From assembly GCA_028534125.1 (NCBI GenBank), contig CM052817.1:31746001-31810000 (forward strand): a stretch of 64,000 nt of DNA. The letters run 5' to 3'. Origin of the DNA: Lama glama (taxonomy: Eukaryota). Shown piece by piece: positions 35,236-49,816 of the stretch (position 1 is the first letter of the stretch; the number at the start of each line of letters is the position of its first letter). The notes under the pieces are model-generated. The model was given only the letters and a program-made list of their open reading frames with translations, did no database searches and was not told where the DNA came from. Made by a program: the position numbers and the translations under genes.

Positions 35236-36865
35236 ACACACTATGTGCCTCGCAGGATGGCAGTAACAGATTTGACTCAAAGAAACATAAGATCTGGCCG
35301 TTTTCTTTGAGGAATTTATAATCTCAACAGTCAGATAATCCATATAAAAATGAGACAGTGAAAAAAGATGGAGATAATTTGGGTTAGACATGCTATAAAG
35401 AAATGTGTGATTTGGGGACTTAAAGATGAAGTGTTTGGAGTCAGACTCCTTAAAGAAATGTGTGACTCAAGGTCTTAAAACTGTATGTTTCACAGTAAAG
35501 GGTAGCTCCACACGGTTTTACAGAAATTATGGAGCAATTCATATGGAAGAGAGATCGGAGAAGACTGGGGGAAAAGATCAAAATGAAGCAGACATTTGAA
35601 GTGAAAACTGAAATTCTACCTCAGAAAGGTTAATTTTTAAAATGTCACTGTGGTGATTGACTTGAACAAAATGTATCCTTTAAGCTTGAGTAGATACACC
35701 CCTTTATTTAGTAGGGATGTTCTAGTCTATTTCAACTTCAGCAACTGGCCAAAGTCCAGTCTTCAGCGGCAGCCTTTAAGAAAGCCAGACAGCAGAGTTA
35801 TCTACCCCTGCAGCATTTCTCGCAAACCTGAACTTGGGTATGATCAATGAACGAGTGACTGCATAGGCTACGGTCATCTCCAAGTCAGTAACATGAACCA
35901 GGTGTGTCACCAAGATTTGTTGTTAACATCTGAACGTACACTTTCAAATATAGGTAAGCATTCTACATAGAGTGAAAAATCTCATGTGCTGTATATGTTA
36001 CAATTCTGTTATCACTTGAAGTATAAATGAAAATCTTTTACTGTAGGAGCACAATGCTGCTATATTGCATTACTAAATATTAATTTTTATATGAAAATTA
36101 TTATCAAGGCAGCTTCAAATTGTTGAATAGGGAAATAGATACACTGATGGAGAGGGCATTAAATTAGATGCCTTTATAAAGAACACTATTTTGAGCCACA
36201 AATATTTATAAAATTAACATAAAAAAGCAAAATAGTAGATATAGATTATATCATAATTCCAACCATTAAAGAGTTGTTTGGTATATAAGTTACCAAAATG
36301 TCCACAAAAATTTCCTTTAAGAACTATGTGTGGTAACTGATTATTCAATTTCGTCAGCCCATGAGTGAAAAAAAAGTCCTATTTAAGAATTCTTCATACT
36401 TTGTGGCAATAAATTTTGAATGCAGGGTACGTAAATGTTTAAAAGCAGTATTCTAACATCTCACAGGATCAATAAATGATGAGTTCTGCCCATTATGTAA
36501 GTCAAACTTTAAAAATCTGACCATTGATAATGAAACTACAAAATAGTTTTTGGAATATATTTCAGACTTGTCCTGGTATCACAGTCATTCATTCCAGGAT
36601 TTGATGCCTGGCTCAGGCTATGGCCCAGTATTGACTTTAACATTCGGCTATTCAGCATTCTGCCAAAACAGGTACCTGGTGTACTTCTAAATGTAGAAGG
36701 CCACTCGCTTTGCTCTGAGAATGGCCTACTTGTTTTTCTTTAAGTGAATGTCAATAAGAGAAAATAAACCTATTGCATTAACTCATTTTACCTTTCAAAC
36801 ATAGACAGAAATGAAGTCAGCATTCTGGCCCGGAGGGCTGTAGCTGGGAGGGGCCGCAGTCTCAC

Positions 36866-37116
36866 CTGGACAGCCCAGAGAAGTCCGCCTCCTCCTCTTC
36901 ACATCGTTCATCCAGCTCCTTCAGAGCTAAGGTGACGTCTTCGTCACAGACTGACCCGGGGTAGCTCTCGGGAGCCGGGGGCTCTGGCACGTCAGATTCC
37001 TCTAAATCGAGAAGCCCCTGACACACTAGAGAGTCCTGCTGCTCCTGAATAATGTACGGCCCTTCATCTTCAAAGGCTGTAAGGACCTGTTCCTCCTTTA
37101 ATACTGAACTTGTATC
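36866..37116 (-). CDS. FRYL: FRYL coding exon
   Basis: ttttacag|DTSSVLKEEQVLTAFEDEG...DVTLALKELDERCEEEEADFSGLS AG|gtgaga; 251 nt. Confidence 0.95.
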
Positions 37117-38583
37117 CTGTAAAACAATCATAGTTTTTACGGACTTTAACAACACTATAAAAGAATTTTATCAACACAGAATAAATGACCATTGTCACCA
37201 ATATATATCTATTTTAGCAGGCAGTCTTCATTTGCACAGTTTAATAATGTTTGGAGTTTTTGGATGCTGATCATATAAACTGTTTTTTTTTTTAAATAGT
37301 TCCAAGTTTAAAACATTTTGAAAGTAAAATGTATCACCTGATGCCACATAGAAACACCAAGGAGATCTTTTTCCTTTTAATAGGATTTAGGGGTTTACTT
37401 AGAAATACATCCTTTGGTGAAAGACCTTCTCTCATACATAATCTAATTCTACATAATTTGTTACTATTAACTCTCTCTTACTTGAAATGTCATTGATTTC
37501 ATCATGCTAGAACCTTACATCCAGTGAATTATGGATAGAAGGAGGGGAGACAGTTCAGAATGGTTAACCCACTGGTCCTGTGGGGCTACCGTGAATCAAG
37601 AACAGGTCTTAACCCATCAGGAGGCTGCTGAATAGACACAAGGAGGGCAGCCTTACTGTGTAAGTGAGCTGAGTATTTGGGATGGAAGATCTCCTCTCAA
37701 ATAATAAGGCCACAATAACTCATTCAGGTTTGAGTACTAAGGATGCTTCACAGAGTCCAGAAAGCACTGGGAAATTGTAGATTGTTGTACTTTTGAGAAT
37801 TAAATGAACTACAAACTCACTTATCAAAAAGAATGCCTGCATCCTCCTAACTCTAAGCAAATGATAATGGAAGTGTGGGTTATAATGTGTACTCATATAT
37901 TTCCTTCCTGTCCACCGTAACGCCACTGAAATGTTGTTGCTATGTGCCTGGCATGGTGCAAAAGTTCGACAGATATTGGCTGAATAAATGAACTACCCAC
38001 TATTAAAAAAGAAAAATACTTCCAGGGTGTATATCATGACTTTATCAACACCAGTTTTAACTGGCATAAACATTAACTGATCAGTTTGAAAATAAGCACT
38101 GATGGCCTCACAGTTTTGGGAATAAAGATCAGCTTCTATCACTGCTTAGACCTACAGAGCTCCTACTTAGTTGCACAGTAGTTTCTCATCTTTTTTCCAC
38201 GGGTGAAAAAAGAACTTTCCTCCCAAATTATGAAAAATAAGTGAAATCCAGAGACCCTGACCTTGGACCAGCCTGGGCTTTTGTTTACTCATCTGTAAAA
38301 TTTATGTATAAAACGAAGGATTTTGACCAGATTCTGGGCTGAGTGCTCTGGGGTAAATTAGTAAGTACAGTTAGAGGGCAAACTGGTAATGGGCTTAGGC
38401 TGATGTGCAAATGACAACAGTGTACAGCAGAGCATGGTAAGTGTAAGGTAAGTACCCTAAGTGATACCCAGAGGGCTACTGGTGCTCAAAGAAGGGAAGG
38501 ATCAAGCTGCGTGAGGCACCAGAGACTGTCTCTTTGGCGAAAACAGACTATGATGGGCTTTGATTAAGATGGGGTAGCAATAG

Positions 38584-38919
38584 TGTTACGGACTGACTGT
38601 TTTTGTCCCCTCAGAATTCTCACCCCTAACCCCCAATGGGGGTGTGAGAGGTGTGTCCTTTAGGAGGTGATCGGGTCATGAGGGTAGAACCCTTATGAAT
38701 GGGATTAGTGCCCTTATAGGAAGAGGACAGAGAGCTAGCTTGTTCTTTTTCCACCACGTGAACAAGAAGAGCTACCAGGAAGAGGGCTCACCAGACAGTG
38801 CGGCTGACACCTTGCTCTGTGACTTCCTGGCCTCCAGAACAGTGAGAAATGCATTTCTATTGTTGGTAAGCCACCCAGATGATCGTATTTTGTTATAGCA
38901 ACCCAAGCTGCGTAAGACA
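38584..38919 (+). mobile_element. MaLR solo LTR (MLT1A-like)
   Basis: TG...CA termini; tgttacggactga...ccttatgaatgggattagtgcccttata...gcctccagaacagtgaga...ttgttatagca...taagaca. Flanks aatag and gatag match 4/5 as a TSD. Confidence 0.85.
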
Positions 38920-40689
38920 GATAGTATCTCAAGGAAAAGGACTTAGAAGATATCAAAGGCACAGAAACATGGTAGGAAAACACAAGTGTACCATGGCAAC
39001 ACTGGTCTGGAGTTAGTTATGCAGGGAAAACAGCAAATTATTTGAGTCTTCACAGAGCAGTACTTTATAAATAATACAGTATATCACTCCTTAATCATTC
39101 CAATAACTTATATTTAGTACATTCTATTTAAGGTTTCCATCTGAATTTTTTTCTTAAAGATTTGGCCATTAAAAGGGTAGGCACTAGTCAGAGAGGTAGT
39201 TTAACTAGTAGTGCTAAAGATATTTCTACACCTAGAATTTTTATTGGTATTAAGTCTTCCTTCTACATCAATATATCATATATTGAAATAACCCACCAAA
39301 CTTCTTAGTTTAATGTCTTCACTTCTCATTAGTGTACACCTGTATTTTGTTGTCATTTGTTCTGGAATAACAATTTGAAAATAGGTAATTTGGGTAATTT
39401 TTTTTACCTAAAGTTAGTATTATAGAGTACATGCTGAAATTTTTAATAACACCTAGATTTCATGAAGAGAGTGCTTTTCGGCTAATGGAATGCATTCCAC
39501 TGTTATATGCAGACTGTGAGAATCAAATTTTCCTGAATTTCATCTTATTACACAATGACAGTCTCTCACACACACAAATTCAAAGATTCATTTCCTATAA
39601 GGAATAGTTTCTGCCATACATGATTTGGTATCTAAACTACTATAAATGCTAGAAGAAATCCATCTGTGGAGGCCTCTCTGATAAACAAAGGTAAAGAATA
39701 CCATCCCTTTTAGAACTCAAAGCATAATTTGTATATATTATAGAGAAGGGATGGACAAACTGAGCCCCAGAATTTCTTGAGGCGGATGCTTTGGCCTATT
39801 CTGTTTTATCTTCCTGATACTAACATAATGTAAGGGAAAAAAATTCAAATAAACATTTCTAGGACTTCATCAGTTCATAAAATATTTCATCTGTTAAGAT
39901 TAATTGTATTCCTCATCTCAAGAAATTGCTTTATAACAATATAGATACCATATATACCCATACATATCTATGTAATAGACTTAACGGTTTTATTTCAATA
40001 TCTTAGTGCTTTCATACTTTTTTTAAAGGGGCAATTTTGGGTCCTTTGACACTGGCATATCAGGGAAAAACAAATTAGGACAACATATCCAACAGACACA
40101 AACTTGAATTATTCCCTTATGGACATCCATTCTTTTGGTGATAATTTTCATGACAATGGAACTATTTCTAATTCAAACAATATATTTCAAAAATATCTCC
40201 TTCAGTCTCATCTGCCAGTGTTATGAAGTTTATAGTGATAATGAAATATACTACTGTAAGAGGAAAAACCTAGAAAATTAAAGCGTTTTTCCTTTATTAG
40301 AAAAAAAGTATCCTTAGGAACTTTATGGTAGCTTGGAAGTAGGCCCCTTACGTATTGCTGGATGAATTAATGTCTCATCTGACATAACACAATTTCCAAT
40401 GTATATTGAAATATAGATGAATTTCTAATTCATTTCCAATAAATATGAATTATTTCTAAGAGGTAGTTTACTCACGGTGATTACAGCTATTTTAATAATC
40501 AAAAGTAAAAGATTTCCCCGTTAAGTAAAATTAAGATCACACAACCATTAACTATACTGCTTTTGTTAAAAAGGTATTTCTCATATCAGCCTGCCGTTTC
40601 CCATTGTTTCTAATGAGAAAGTCTGACCTGGAACAGGCTACAGCTACACCGGACAGTAGATTAACCGGTGGCTGATGCTCAGGTAACGA

Positions 40690-41520
40690 GTCTTCCAACA
40701 CCGAGCAGAACATTGTTCACTTAAGGTGCAGCCCTAAACCCCGTCACACACGTCCCTGTCCGCACACTCTGGCTTTGTCCAGGCCCCTCTCTCGGCCTCC
40801 TGTCCTCCCAGCACACCTCTGTCACTGAGACTTTCCTGAAACACCAGTCAGGCTGTAACCTTCCCTGATGACAGACTGTGAGCTCCACGTGGCCGGTGCA
40901 GATGCTGGAACTGACTTTCCTTTTTCCACCAAAAAAGGCAAGATTCAAAAAAATAAACATAATCAGATCATATCCTTCTTCTGCTTAAAATCCTCCTGTG
41001 GCCTCCTGCTATGTGGCCTCTAAGACTGCCCTTGAGAGCACCTTGCCCTCCCCTGGCCGTGTCTGCCCCCATCCGCTTTCTGGGGTTCGCCGTGTCACCT
41101 CCCCCACTGCCAGCCGGGGGCGTGGCTGCTCCTCAAATGCACCCCGGCCTTTTCTGCTCCGGCCTCTCTCCCAGGCCTGGAACGGTCTCCCCGGCCTGGA
41201 ACGTTCTTCCTCCACACCGTCAAGGGCTGGCTCCTCCTCCTCACTTAGCTTTCACCCCAAATGCCACCGCACTTTCTCCCTCACCAAGTCCACATGACTT
41301 AGATTTTCTTAGTGTCAACAGTAAGAAGACCACTCTTTGATACATTCTTTATGTTTTACCTGTTTCCATGTTCGTTCTGTCCCTCCTACGAGAATTAAGC
41401 GCCACAACCCAGGAGCCGTTGCCCGTTTCGCACGGTGCTGTACGCCCAGGGCCTGGGACAGTGCCCGGCACGCCGTGGGGGCTCAGTGAGCCCTGGTTAA
41501 ATGCCTGGCTGCTCGTGTGC
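40690..41520. mobile_element. L2-derived sequence, unusually GC- and CpG-rich
   Basis: L2-like motifs (aatcagatcatatccttcttctgcttaaaatcctcctgtggc, gcctggaacgttcttcc, gggacagtgcccggcac...gctcagtgag) carrying many G/C substitutions. Confidence 0.6.
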
Positions 41521-41689
41521 CCTGTGTTCCCACCCAGGTGTCTGGTATAGGGCCTGTCACACAACAGGCGTCTCTGGAAAGAACGCAAATTCACGACCTC
41601 CTGTCATCTCAAGATAAAGTCTGACTTTAGCACGGCGTGTGGGGCCCAGCACGCCTCAGACCCACCCGTCTCTCCTGCTGCTGCTGCTG

Positions 41690-42062
41690 CTCCTCCTCCT
41701 GCGCTTTAGCCTCAAAGACCGAACATCCTGCTGCTACCTGAACACACCATGTAGCTTCACATGACAGGTCTTCCTACGTGAAGTCCCTCTGCCTGGAATG
41801 TCTCAGTTACCATGAAGCCTGTCCTTTGCCACCGTCACCCCGAATGCACAGCTCATCAGTCTCTCCTCTGAGTTTTTACAGAGCCATGAACATGTCTATT
41901 ATTGAGTTTCCATACTGACATTTAGTTTTTTTAACCTTGTCTGTCTCCTTTAATAGATAATGGACACTCTGAGACCAGGGCCATGCCTTATTCATCTTTC
42001 TAGTACCTAGTGGAATGCCTAGCATCCAGTACATCTCAATAAATGTTTGTTGAATCGAATGA
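41690..42062 (+). mobile_element. L2 3' fragment
   Basis: ccctctgcctggaatgtc...cttattcatctt...aatgcctagcatccagtacatctcaataaatgtttgttgaatcgaatga (typical L2 tail). Confidence 0.65.
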
Positions 42063-42925
42063 TCTAAACTTCAGCCATACCAATATGAGCATTTAAAAAA
42101 CTGTCCAAATGCCTTCATTTCAAAGTAGGTCTGCCTACTGTCAAGATGTATAATACACTGTCAGCACAGTAAGAACATGGGACTTCAACTTACTCAGATA
42201 ATAAGATTACTAACTAGACTGGTCTAGATCTAATAAGTACATTAATTTGGTTAACACTGAAAAAATGTAGTATTTTCCTAACACCAAAGCATAATAGCAC
42301 ATACAATAGAGCTATAGCAATTACAGTTTTAAAAAAGTATATATAAAAATCTTTAAAAAATAACTAAGAAAACTAATACTTACTTATTTTTGATCAGTCA
42401 TTAGCTTGGAATCTGGCTTACTTCTCACAGGCCTTTCCAAAAAACATAAAACTAGTAGTTCCAAAGTCTTTCTAAAAGGTTTCCTTTGACCAGCTGCTAA
42501 CACAGCTAGCCTGAGGTTTTGATCCCAATTACAGCACCAATCACAAAAACTCAAACACAAAGCAACAAAGGAAGGAAAAACAAAAGCGGTCCTTCAGAGA
42601 AGGCACAGCGCCACAGAAGATACTGCCCGTCCCCAGAGAAGCACCTTACATTAACCTAATCACATTCTGCAGCACAAAATGCTCATTAAAAACACTCAGG
42701 GTTATTTTTAACCTGTAGGTCATTTCCTTAATCCATCAATTTTTTTTTTTAACCATCGGATTTGACTGTTTCACTTAAAGTAACCCAACAGGTTAGAAAT
42801 ACTGGAAACAAATCAAATAATTAGCATATCAGATGACAACTCTTCCGAAAGAAAAGCAAGGGATGGAACGGATTGCTTTAAAAGGAGCCCAGATTGGCCA
42901 CGCACCAGCCCCCACATCGCCCCAC

Positions 42926-43093
42926 CTCAGGCAGCTGGCTGTTAGCATTATCTAGGGAAGCTTCCAAACTTGGGGTCTCATCTCTGATTTGCAGCACTTC
43001 TTCTGTTGAGATGCTGCCAGTGGAATCTTGAGACTGAAGAAGTAAGTCAGGATGGTCTGGCAAAGTTTCATCCACAGCAGTATCGTTGTTTAA
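42926..43093 (-). CDS. FRYL: FRYL coding exon
   Basis: ccttttag|LNNDTAVDETLPDHPDLLLQSQDSTGSISTEEVLQIRDETPSLEASLDNANSQLPE|gtgggg; 168 nt. Confidence 0.93.
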
Positions 43094-45168
43094 CTAAAAG
43101 GAGAGATCATAAAAGGAGGAATTCATCTCTGAGTCAGCAATGGTCACAAAGGCCACAAGAAACATTCTATGTCATAAGATATTCTGGGGCCATAGTTTTA
43201 AAGAGCGTCGTTGACTTCCTAAAATTATCTGTTCCCCTCATTTCAGTCTATCCCAGAATTGGTGCTGTTAATGCAAGCAGCTAGGCCATCAGCAGAAATG
43301 AAACAGCCATTAACATGGTTACGTTTTGCTAAAGAAGAACTACCAGAGTGGAAGAGCTCTATGTGACTATGCTCATCTTGAGCTAAAATGAATATTTTAC
43401 AGTAATGTCTTATGTTTTCATGTGGTCATTTCATTTCATTTCATTTCAACTGGAGGGTAGGCACATAAGTCTGAACTGGCCGTTCACTTAGTTCAGCAAG
43501 AATCAATATCATAAAACTTTGATAAGACAAAAAGAATTAGCACAATGAAGTTGCTGTCATGGCAGGCCAGCATTAGTGGGTTTACATTTTTTGAAAACTA
43601 ATCGTAATTAGAAAAAAGAAAATATTACAATTTTTCCTCTGTTAAGCAGGGTTATACATTTTTCACAGTCAAAATTTAACATAAGAAAAACCAAGTTCAT
43701 GATTCAGAGGAGGTAAAGGCAAAAACTATATATTTTTTTCCCCTATGAGGGGGAAGCAACTTCAAATTCTTTTTTAATCTCACTACCACTATGACTAGGG
43801 TTGGCCTCAAGAGGAGACAAGTCCGTTCTGCTCTGAGGCTCTCCTGGGAGCTAACCTTTGTTAAGCAATTACTATACTGTCCGCCCCATGAAATTCCCAT
43901 GAGACAGGCACCCCCGGGGGTCCTGTTTTAAAGGAGAGAGTAGGTAACTTGACTGCAATTCCACAGCGGGTTGGTGGCAGGATGCCAGTCTCCAGTCTGG
44001 CTCCAGGGAGGGCCTGTGCCTCATTCAGTGGGTCATTCCTGCCATTAACTCCCATTTGTTTAAATGCACACAGTCTGTGGAGGGGCAATCCATAGGTGGC
44101 CTGGATCTAGAGGCAGACCGCCTGGTTCAAACCCATTTATCAGCTATGTGTCCCAGGACAAGTCACTGCTTCTGCAGATGGGCAGTAACCACACTCCAAC
44201 AATCACGTGGCTGCAGGGAGAGTCCTAGTGACTAATCCATGTGAACACCTTGACCTGGTGCCCTTCAAACACTCAGCCAGCGGTAACTACTGCTACTGTT
44301 ATCAGCAACAGCTTATCACTTAATATGCAAAAGGGAGTTCGTTGACAGTCATATTGGGGAAATAGGAGATGCCAAAACAGGAGAGGTGACAGGAAGCCAA
44401 GCCCAAAACGACAACTGTGCACGTTGTCTGAAGCCAGTTCAGCCCCGCCATTCAGTGCACTGCCAGCACTTCACCAGCAGCCGATGCGACATTAAATTAG
44501 AGGCCTGCCAAGGGCACCCACGTAAGAGCTGTGTGACTGGCTGCTATATGGTCCTCTAGCTGGTTCGTCATCATATGAGCCGCATTGTTGCTCCACATGC
44601 CTTCTCTTTCCTCATTCTGCCATCTTCAAGTTCCAACTCAGCTACCACTGCAGGTTTAGCGTTCCCTTCACCCCTCATTCCTGAACAGACAGACCACTCC
44701 TTGCAGCCTTTATTTCCTATCTCTCTCTCTCTCTGAATCTTTGCTGTCTGGCCTTTGGAATACTATTCAGAGCCTCCACATAACTGACTTGATCTTGCAA
44801 AGAGAGCAAAGTTGTCCTCCATTAATGAAGAAAGAAAAGCAGATGGAGAATTAAGCAGGGCTGGTGTTCACACCAATACCAAACATGTATCATTCAAGGT
44901 GAGGGCCTCTCAGAATGCCCAGCACAACTCACCGTCACCAGGAGAGAAGCAATAGAAAATGTGTCTCAGCAGCTAAGGGGTGTGCAGCATCAAATGTCTA
45001 GTTCTGTCGTGACTAATGGAACACTCCATCACTGCTACGATTCTGTATTTTCATTTCAGTGAGCATTTTACCCACACTGAAATGACAATCAGAATATCGA
45101 GAAACACTCATTACTAAGTTGGAAGCTAAGAGGAAGAAGAGGCCAATTGTCACTGGGCGAACAGGTTA

Positions 45169-45408
<240 letters not shown>

Positions 45409-45760
45409 TCAAACACATGCTTACAAATTTAGGGAATGTCATACACCGGGAAAACATACACCAAGATGAAAAAAACTTAATGCATTGTCATAAGCAGAGT
45501 TTCAATCAGCCCTTCAATTTCTCGAAACTTTTAAAACATCATTCAATATTTATATTTAAAGAGATCAAAATATTTGGTTGATAAGCTGTTTTAACTGAAG
45601 GATTTTCTTGGCTTTCCATCTTGTACTACTGGGGACCAACTAAATCTAATACCTAGGCCATTTCTATTCTAATACACAAACACAGATGGGACCACAAAGA
45701 AGACACATACATCACAGGTGACAACAGATGAACAATCCACAACACCAGGCTGCAACTTAC

Positions 45761-45769
45761 CTGCAGCTC
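45761..45769 (-). CDS. FRYL: FRYL 9-nt microexon (ELQ)
   Basis: gttttcctttttgctaaccag|GAG CTG CAG|gtaagt. Near-perfect splice sites; phase 0-0 between ...EDAE and GESMDN... Confidence 0.85.
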
Positions 45770-47979
45770 CTGGTTAGCAAAAAGGAAAACACACAGAATT
45801 AGAAAGAACGAAGACAAACATTTAAATATACGCTACACTTTTGGGGAAAACTCTTTGCTTTCTCAAACCCAAAGACTGATTCAAGCTCTGGATTAAGCTT
45901 TGTGCAGGAAGCCAACATGTGATTCAAATTACTTTTTTATGCAAAATACATTGTGAAAAAGTCAGAGACAGACATTTAAAACAACATTTCTGTGATACAC
46001 TGTGGCAACACAAACTTATTAAGAAAAACCTACCAAATTTACATAGATTTAATACTGGATACAATGCAAAACTGACTTAAAATACCCACATTCAGTTGAC
46101 AACATGTAGGGTCACAATTATTTTAGACTGTCAGGTGGTTCTGGCTAAATCCAATGGTTATTTTTTTGCTACAAACTAGTTTAACATCAAGATCATAGTT
46201 ATCAAAACATAACTTTTGCCAACTTCAAAAGGTCAATAGGGAATCAGACAAATTTCAATTTTGTCCCACTTACAGATTTTTATAGTAAGTTATGTTTCTG
46301 TTATTCCAAGCTGATCCTCCTTTTGTAAGGGATGTAATCCTTACACTCTTTATTAAGCTCTGACATGACAAATCATAGTGAACTGGCTAGCAAAATATGA
46401 TTTATGTGTATTCCTTTACCCAAGAGGAACTGTCCAGAATAGAGGTTTTCAGATTTTTTTTTCTTTTAAAATAAAGCAGAGGAATACTAATCTCAAATGA
46501 AATTTACGGTGGAAGTCAACTGTGCAAAACTGATGAACAAAAGCAGAGCTGCTCTGGTTGAAAAAGGTGGCCAGGAGCTCTGCCCATCGGCCCTTGGACC
46601 TTTCCCTGTTTATCAGGTGTCCTAGAAGCTTGGAGGTCTGCAGGTCAGACTTTGAAAGCCACCTTCCTTGAACATATCATTTCACATATTAGGATACAGC
46701 ATAACACATAATAAGGTCAATGGCCCAAGATACATATGTTTGGTGAATGAATGAATACACACTGTGGGCTTTCAAGGTTGGGGGCTATTTCAGGAGTTTC
46801 ATTAGCAGTTAAGTTTGTTTTGTAGCCAAGTATTTCCTGTGACCATGTTCAAAGCAAGACTATGATTTAGGTTTTAGAAAATCTCTATCATTTGATTTGG
46901 CCTAATTATGAGGTATAAATTAGCACTACTCTCCTGAAATTACTGTGACTTACATGAAAGACAGAACTACAATAAGTATCTTTAATTCATTCCACGGTTC
47001 TTTTCAAAAGCCATATTTATTACTGCAAACATTTGAGAGTACTGGACTTGAAAGCATGTGCAGTGTTCTTTGGAAAAAGAAAAAGCAAACAAAAAGAAAT
47101 AACCTGACCATTACAAAAATGTCAAGAGCCTGCCTTTAGAAATTCTAAATTCTGCTGTGAAAAAAGCAAGTATCTACAGAAGAATTTAGAAGTGGCTCAT
47201 GCCTGTGAAGTAGGGCAGTGGGTCTCTTCAACCCACCACACTTCCTTGCCTGAATGTGCAAGTCTGTCCTATTTCCTACAACGTGGTTTTCAAGTTGTAG
47301 GAGTGATATCAATTTTAGAGAGTGGTGACCTGCCCTTTTCAAAGAAAAAGACTGAAATGAAAGAAATAGAAAATACATAGAAAATGCATAGTATAGAGTA
47401 AGGATGCATATTCTTGAAACTTTTAAAGTGTGTCTGTACATATATACTTGGATGTGATATAAAATGTATTAGCAATGGCCACAGTTAAAAAAAAAAGTTT
47501 ATAAGCCTATAAGGTGCTGGATAATACTTGTTCTTGGGTTCCTATGAACCTGCCCAGTTTGGGAATATGTAAACGGTGAGCTATTACATAGAGCTTGTGC
47601 TGCTCATAAGCTAGTCTAGGGCATCTGCTGGACTCTGAGGCACTATGGTCACATCCTCATATCTGCAGGGGAGGCTGAAGCAGCCAGGAGGGCTTCCCTA
47701 ACCCGGTTTCCTATCAACAGCTGTTGGTGTGACCTGGCAGAGGCCATTACCTTTCACTCCTTCACTTCGCCTATTTGAGCCCAAGGAAACACCCCTTAAG
47801 AGGGCTGATGAGTGCATGTGAGTTCTATGAGTGACTTTAACGTCCTAGGAGAGAGATATATCAATGGCATGTTATGGACACATTATAGGCATTTTGGGCT
47901 CTTGAATATAGATATTTACAACAATTTTAGAACGAACGTTTTTGTGATCTATTTGATGTGAACTTTTCAGGTTTAGGAA

Positions 47980-48419
47980 ACTGTGGTTTAGGGGACTGGC
48001 ATCACCGACAGGAATAGGTCTCAAGTAGCCCAACACAACCAGGGCAGTGAGCAATCCTATTATTGTTGCCACAATGATTGTTTTAGAAATTGGCAGATGC
48101 CCCAACTTGGGTCAGTGAGATGTGACAAGCAGTGTGCTAAAGGTGTTTGGGAGAGGTACTTCTTCACTTCCATGAGAGCATGTTCGGAAGTGACCCTCGC
48201 TTCCTCTGAACACTGATGTGTGGAGACACAACCAAGACCATCTGAGGTCAAGCTGACTTGTAGAGACGGGCACAGCCTAGCGAACTGCAGAGAAATAGCC
48301 AGAAACAGCATGGAGGCCCATCCACATAAGCTCTGGCTCTGGGCTTGCTCGGTTTTGTGAGCTGGTAAATCTACTTTCTGAGTTGGATTTTCCATTCAGG
48401 AAGCATCTAAGCTGACACA
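47980..48419 (+). mobile_element. Old MaLR (MLT1-type) LTR remnant
   Basis: The end gtgagctggtaaatct...tgagttggattttc...agcatctaagctgacaca resembles an MLT1 3' terminus. Confidence 0.5.
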
Positions 48420-48903
48420 ACTATCAATTTTCTCTAAACTGAATCAATGTGGAGGAGAAAGCCCTGATATTGAATGAAATGAGGCATGTAGGGGAGCTGG
48501 CACAATCCTAAAGAATAAAGCGGTGAGCAGTGTCAGGCAGGGGCTCGGCCCCAGCAGAGCGTTCTTGACAGCCGAAGCCCCTCAGCCGTCCAGTTAGCTT
48601 CAGGGCCACCCTCTTTAAAACTGTTTGATAAATTTAATGTAATTTTTTTACTGTTCTGCTGCACATTAATTAGTATCGCTCATGTAAACATTTAAGAGTA
48701 AGCACACTCTACATTAAAAAAATACTTTTGAAGAAATCCATTTTTACTTTATATTTTTAAAGATAAAGATAAAAAAATTCATGTTCCTTTTATTTCAGAC
48801 ATCTTCCGCTATTGACTAATTGTACTAATCATATTTAGTCCCCAATTTAGATTGTTACCTTTTGACCTTACTCTGACCTTAATAAGCAAAGATCCCAGGG
48901 CTA

Positions 48904-49248
<345 letters not shown>

Positions 49249-49417
49249 TCAGTGAGCGGAGTTTTATTTGGTCTAATACCTACTGGGCGAATACTTAATG
49301 AGCATGGCCACCAAGTGCCACAAAGACAAGTGACAGTTTTTTCTCTCTTAGTCAACACCATAAGTCAGGTCAGTTAGAAAAGACAAGCAAGGAGACACAG
49401 TAACGTCCCTTACTTCA

Positions 49418-49567
<150 letters not shown>

Positions 49568-49600
49568 TTAAGATTACTGATCCAGTAAGACAAATTCTCA

Positions 49601-49816
<216 letters not shown>

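Noticed and set aside
42645..42672. Possible additional FRYL microexon (cag|AATGTGATTAG|gttaat or ...GTTAAT|gtaagg)
   Set aside because: It would be 11 or 17 nt and frame-shifting, with a weak polypyrimidine tract.
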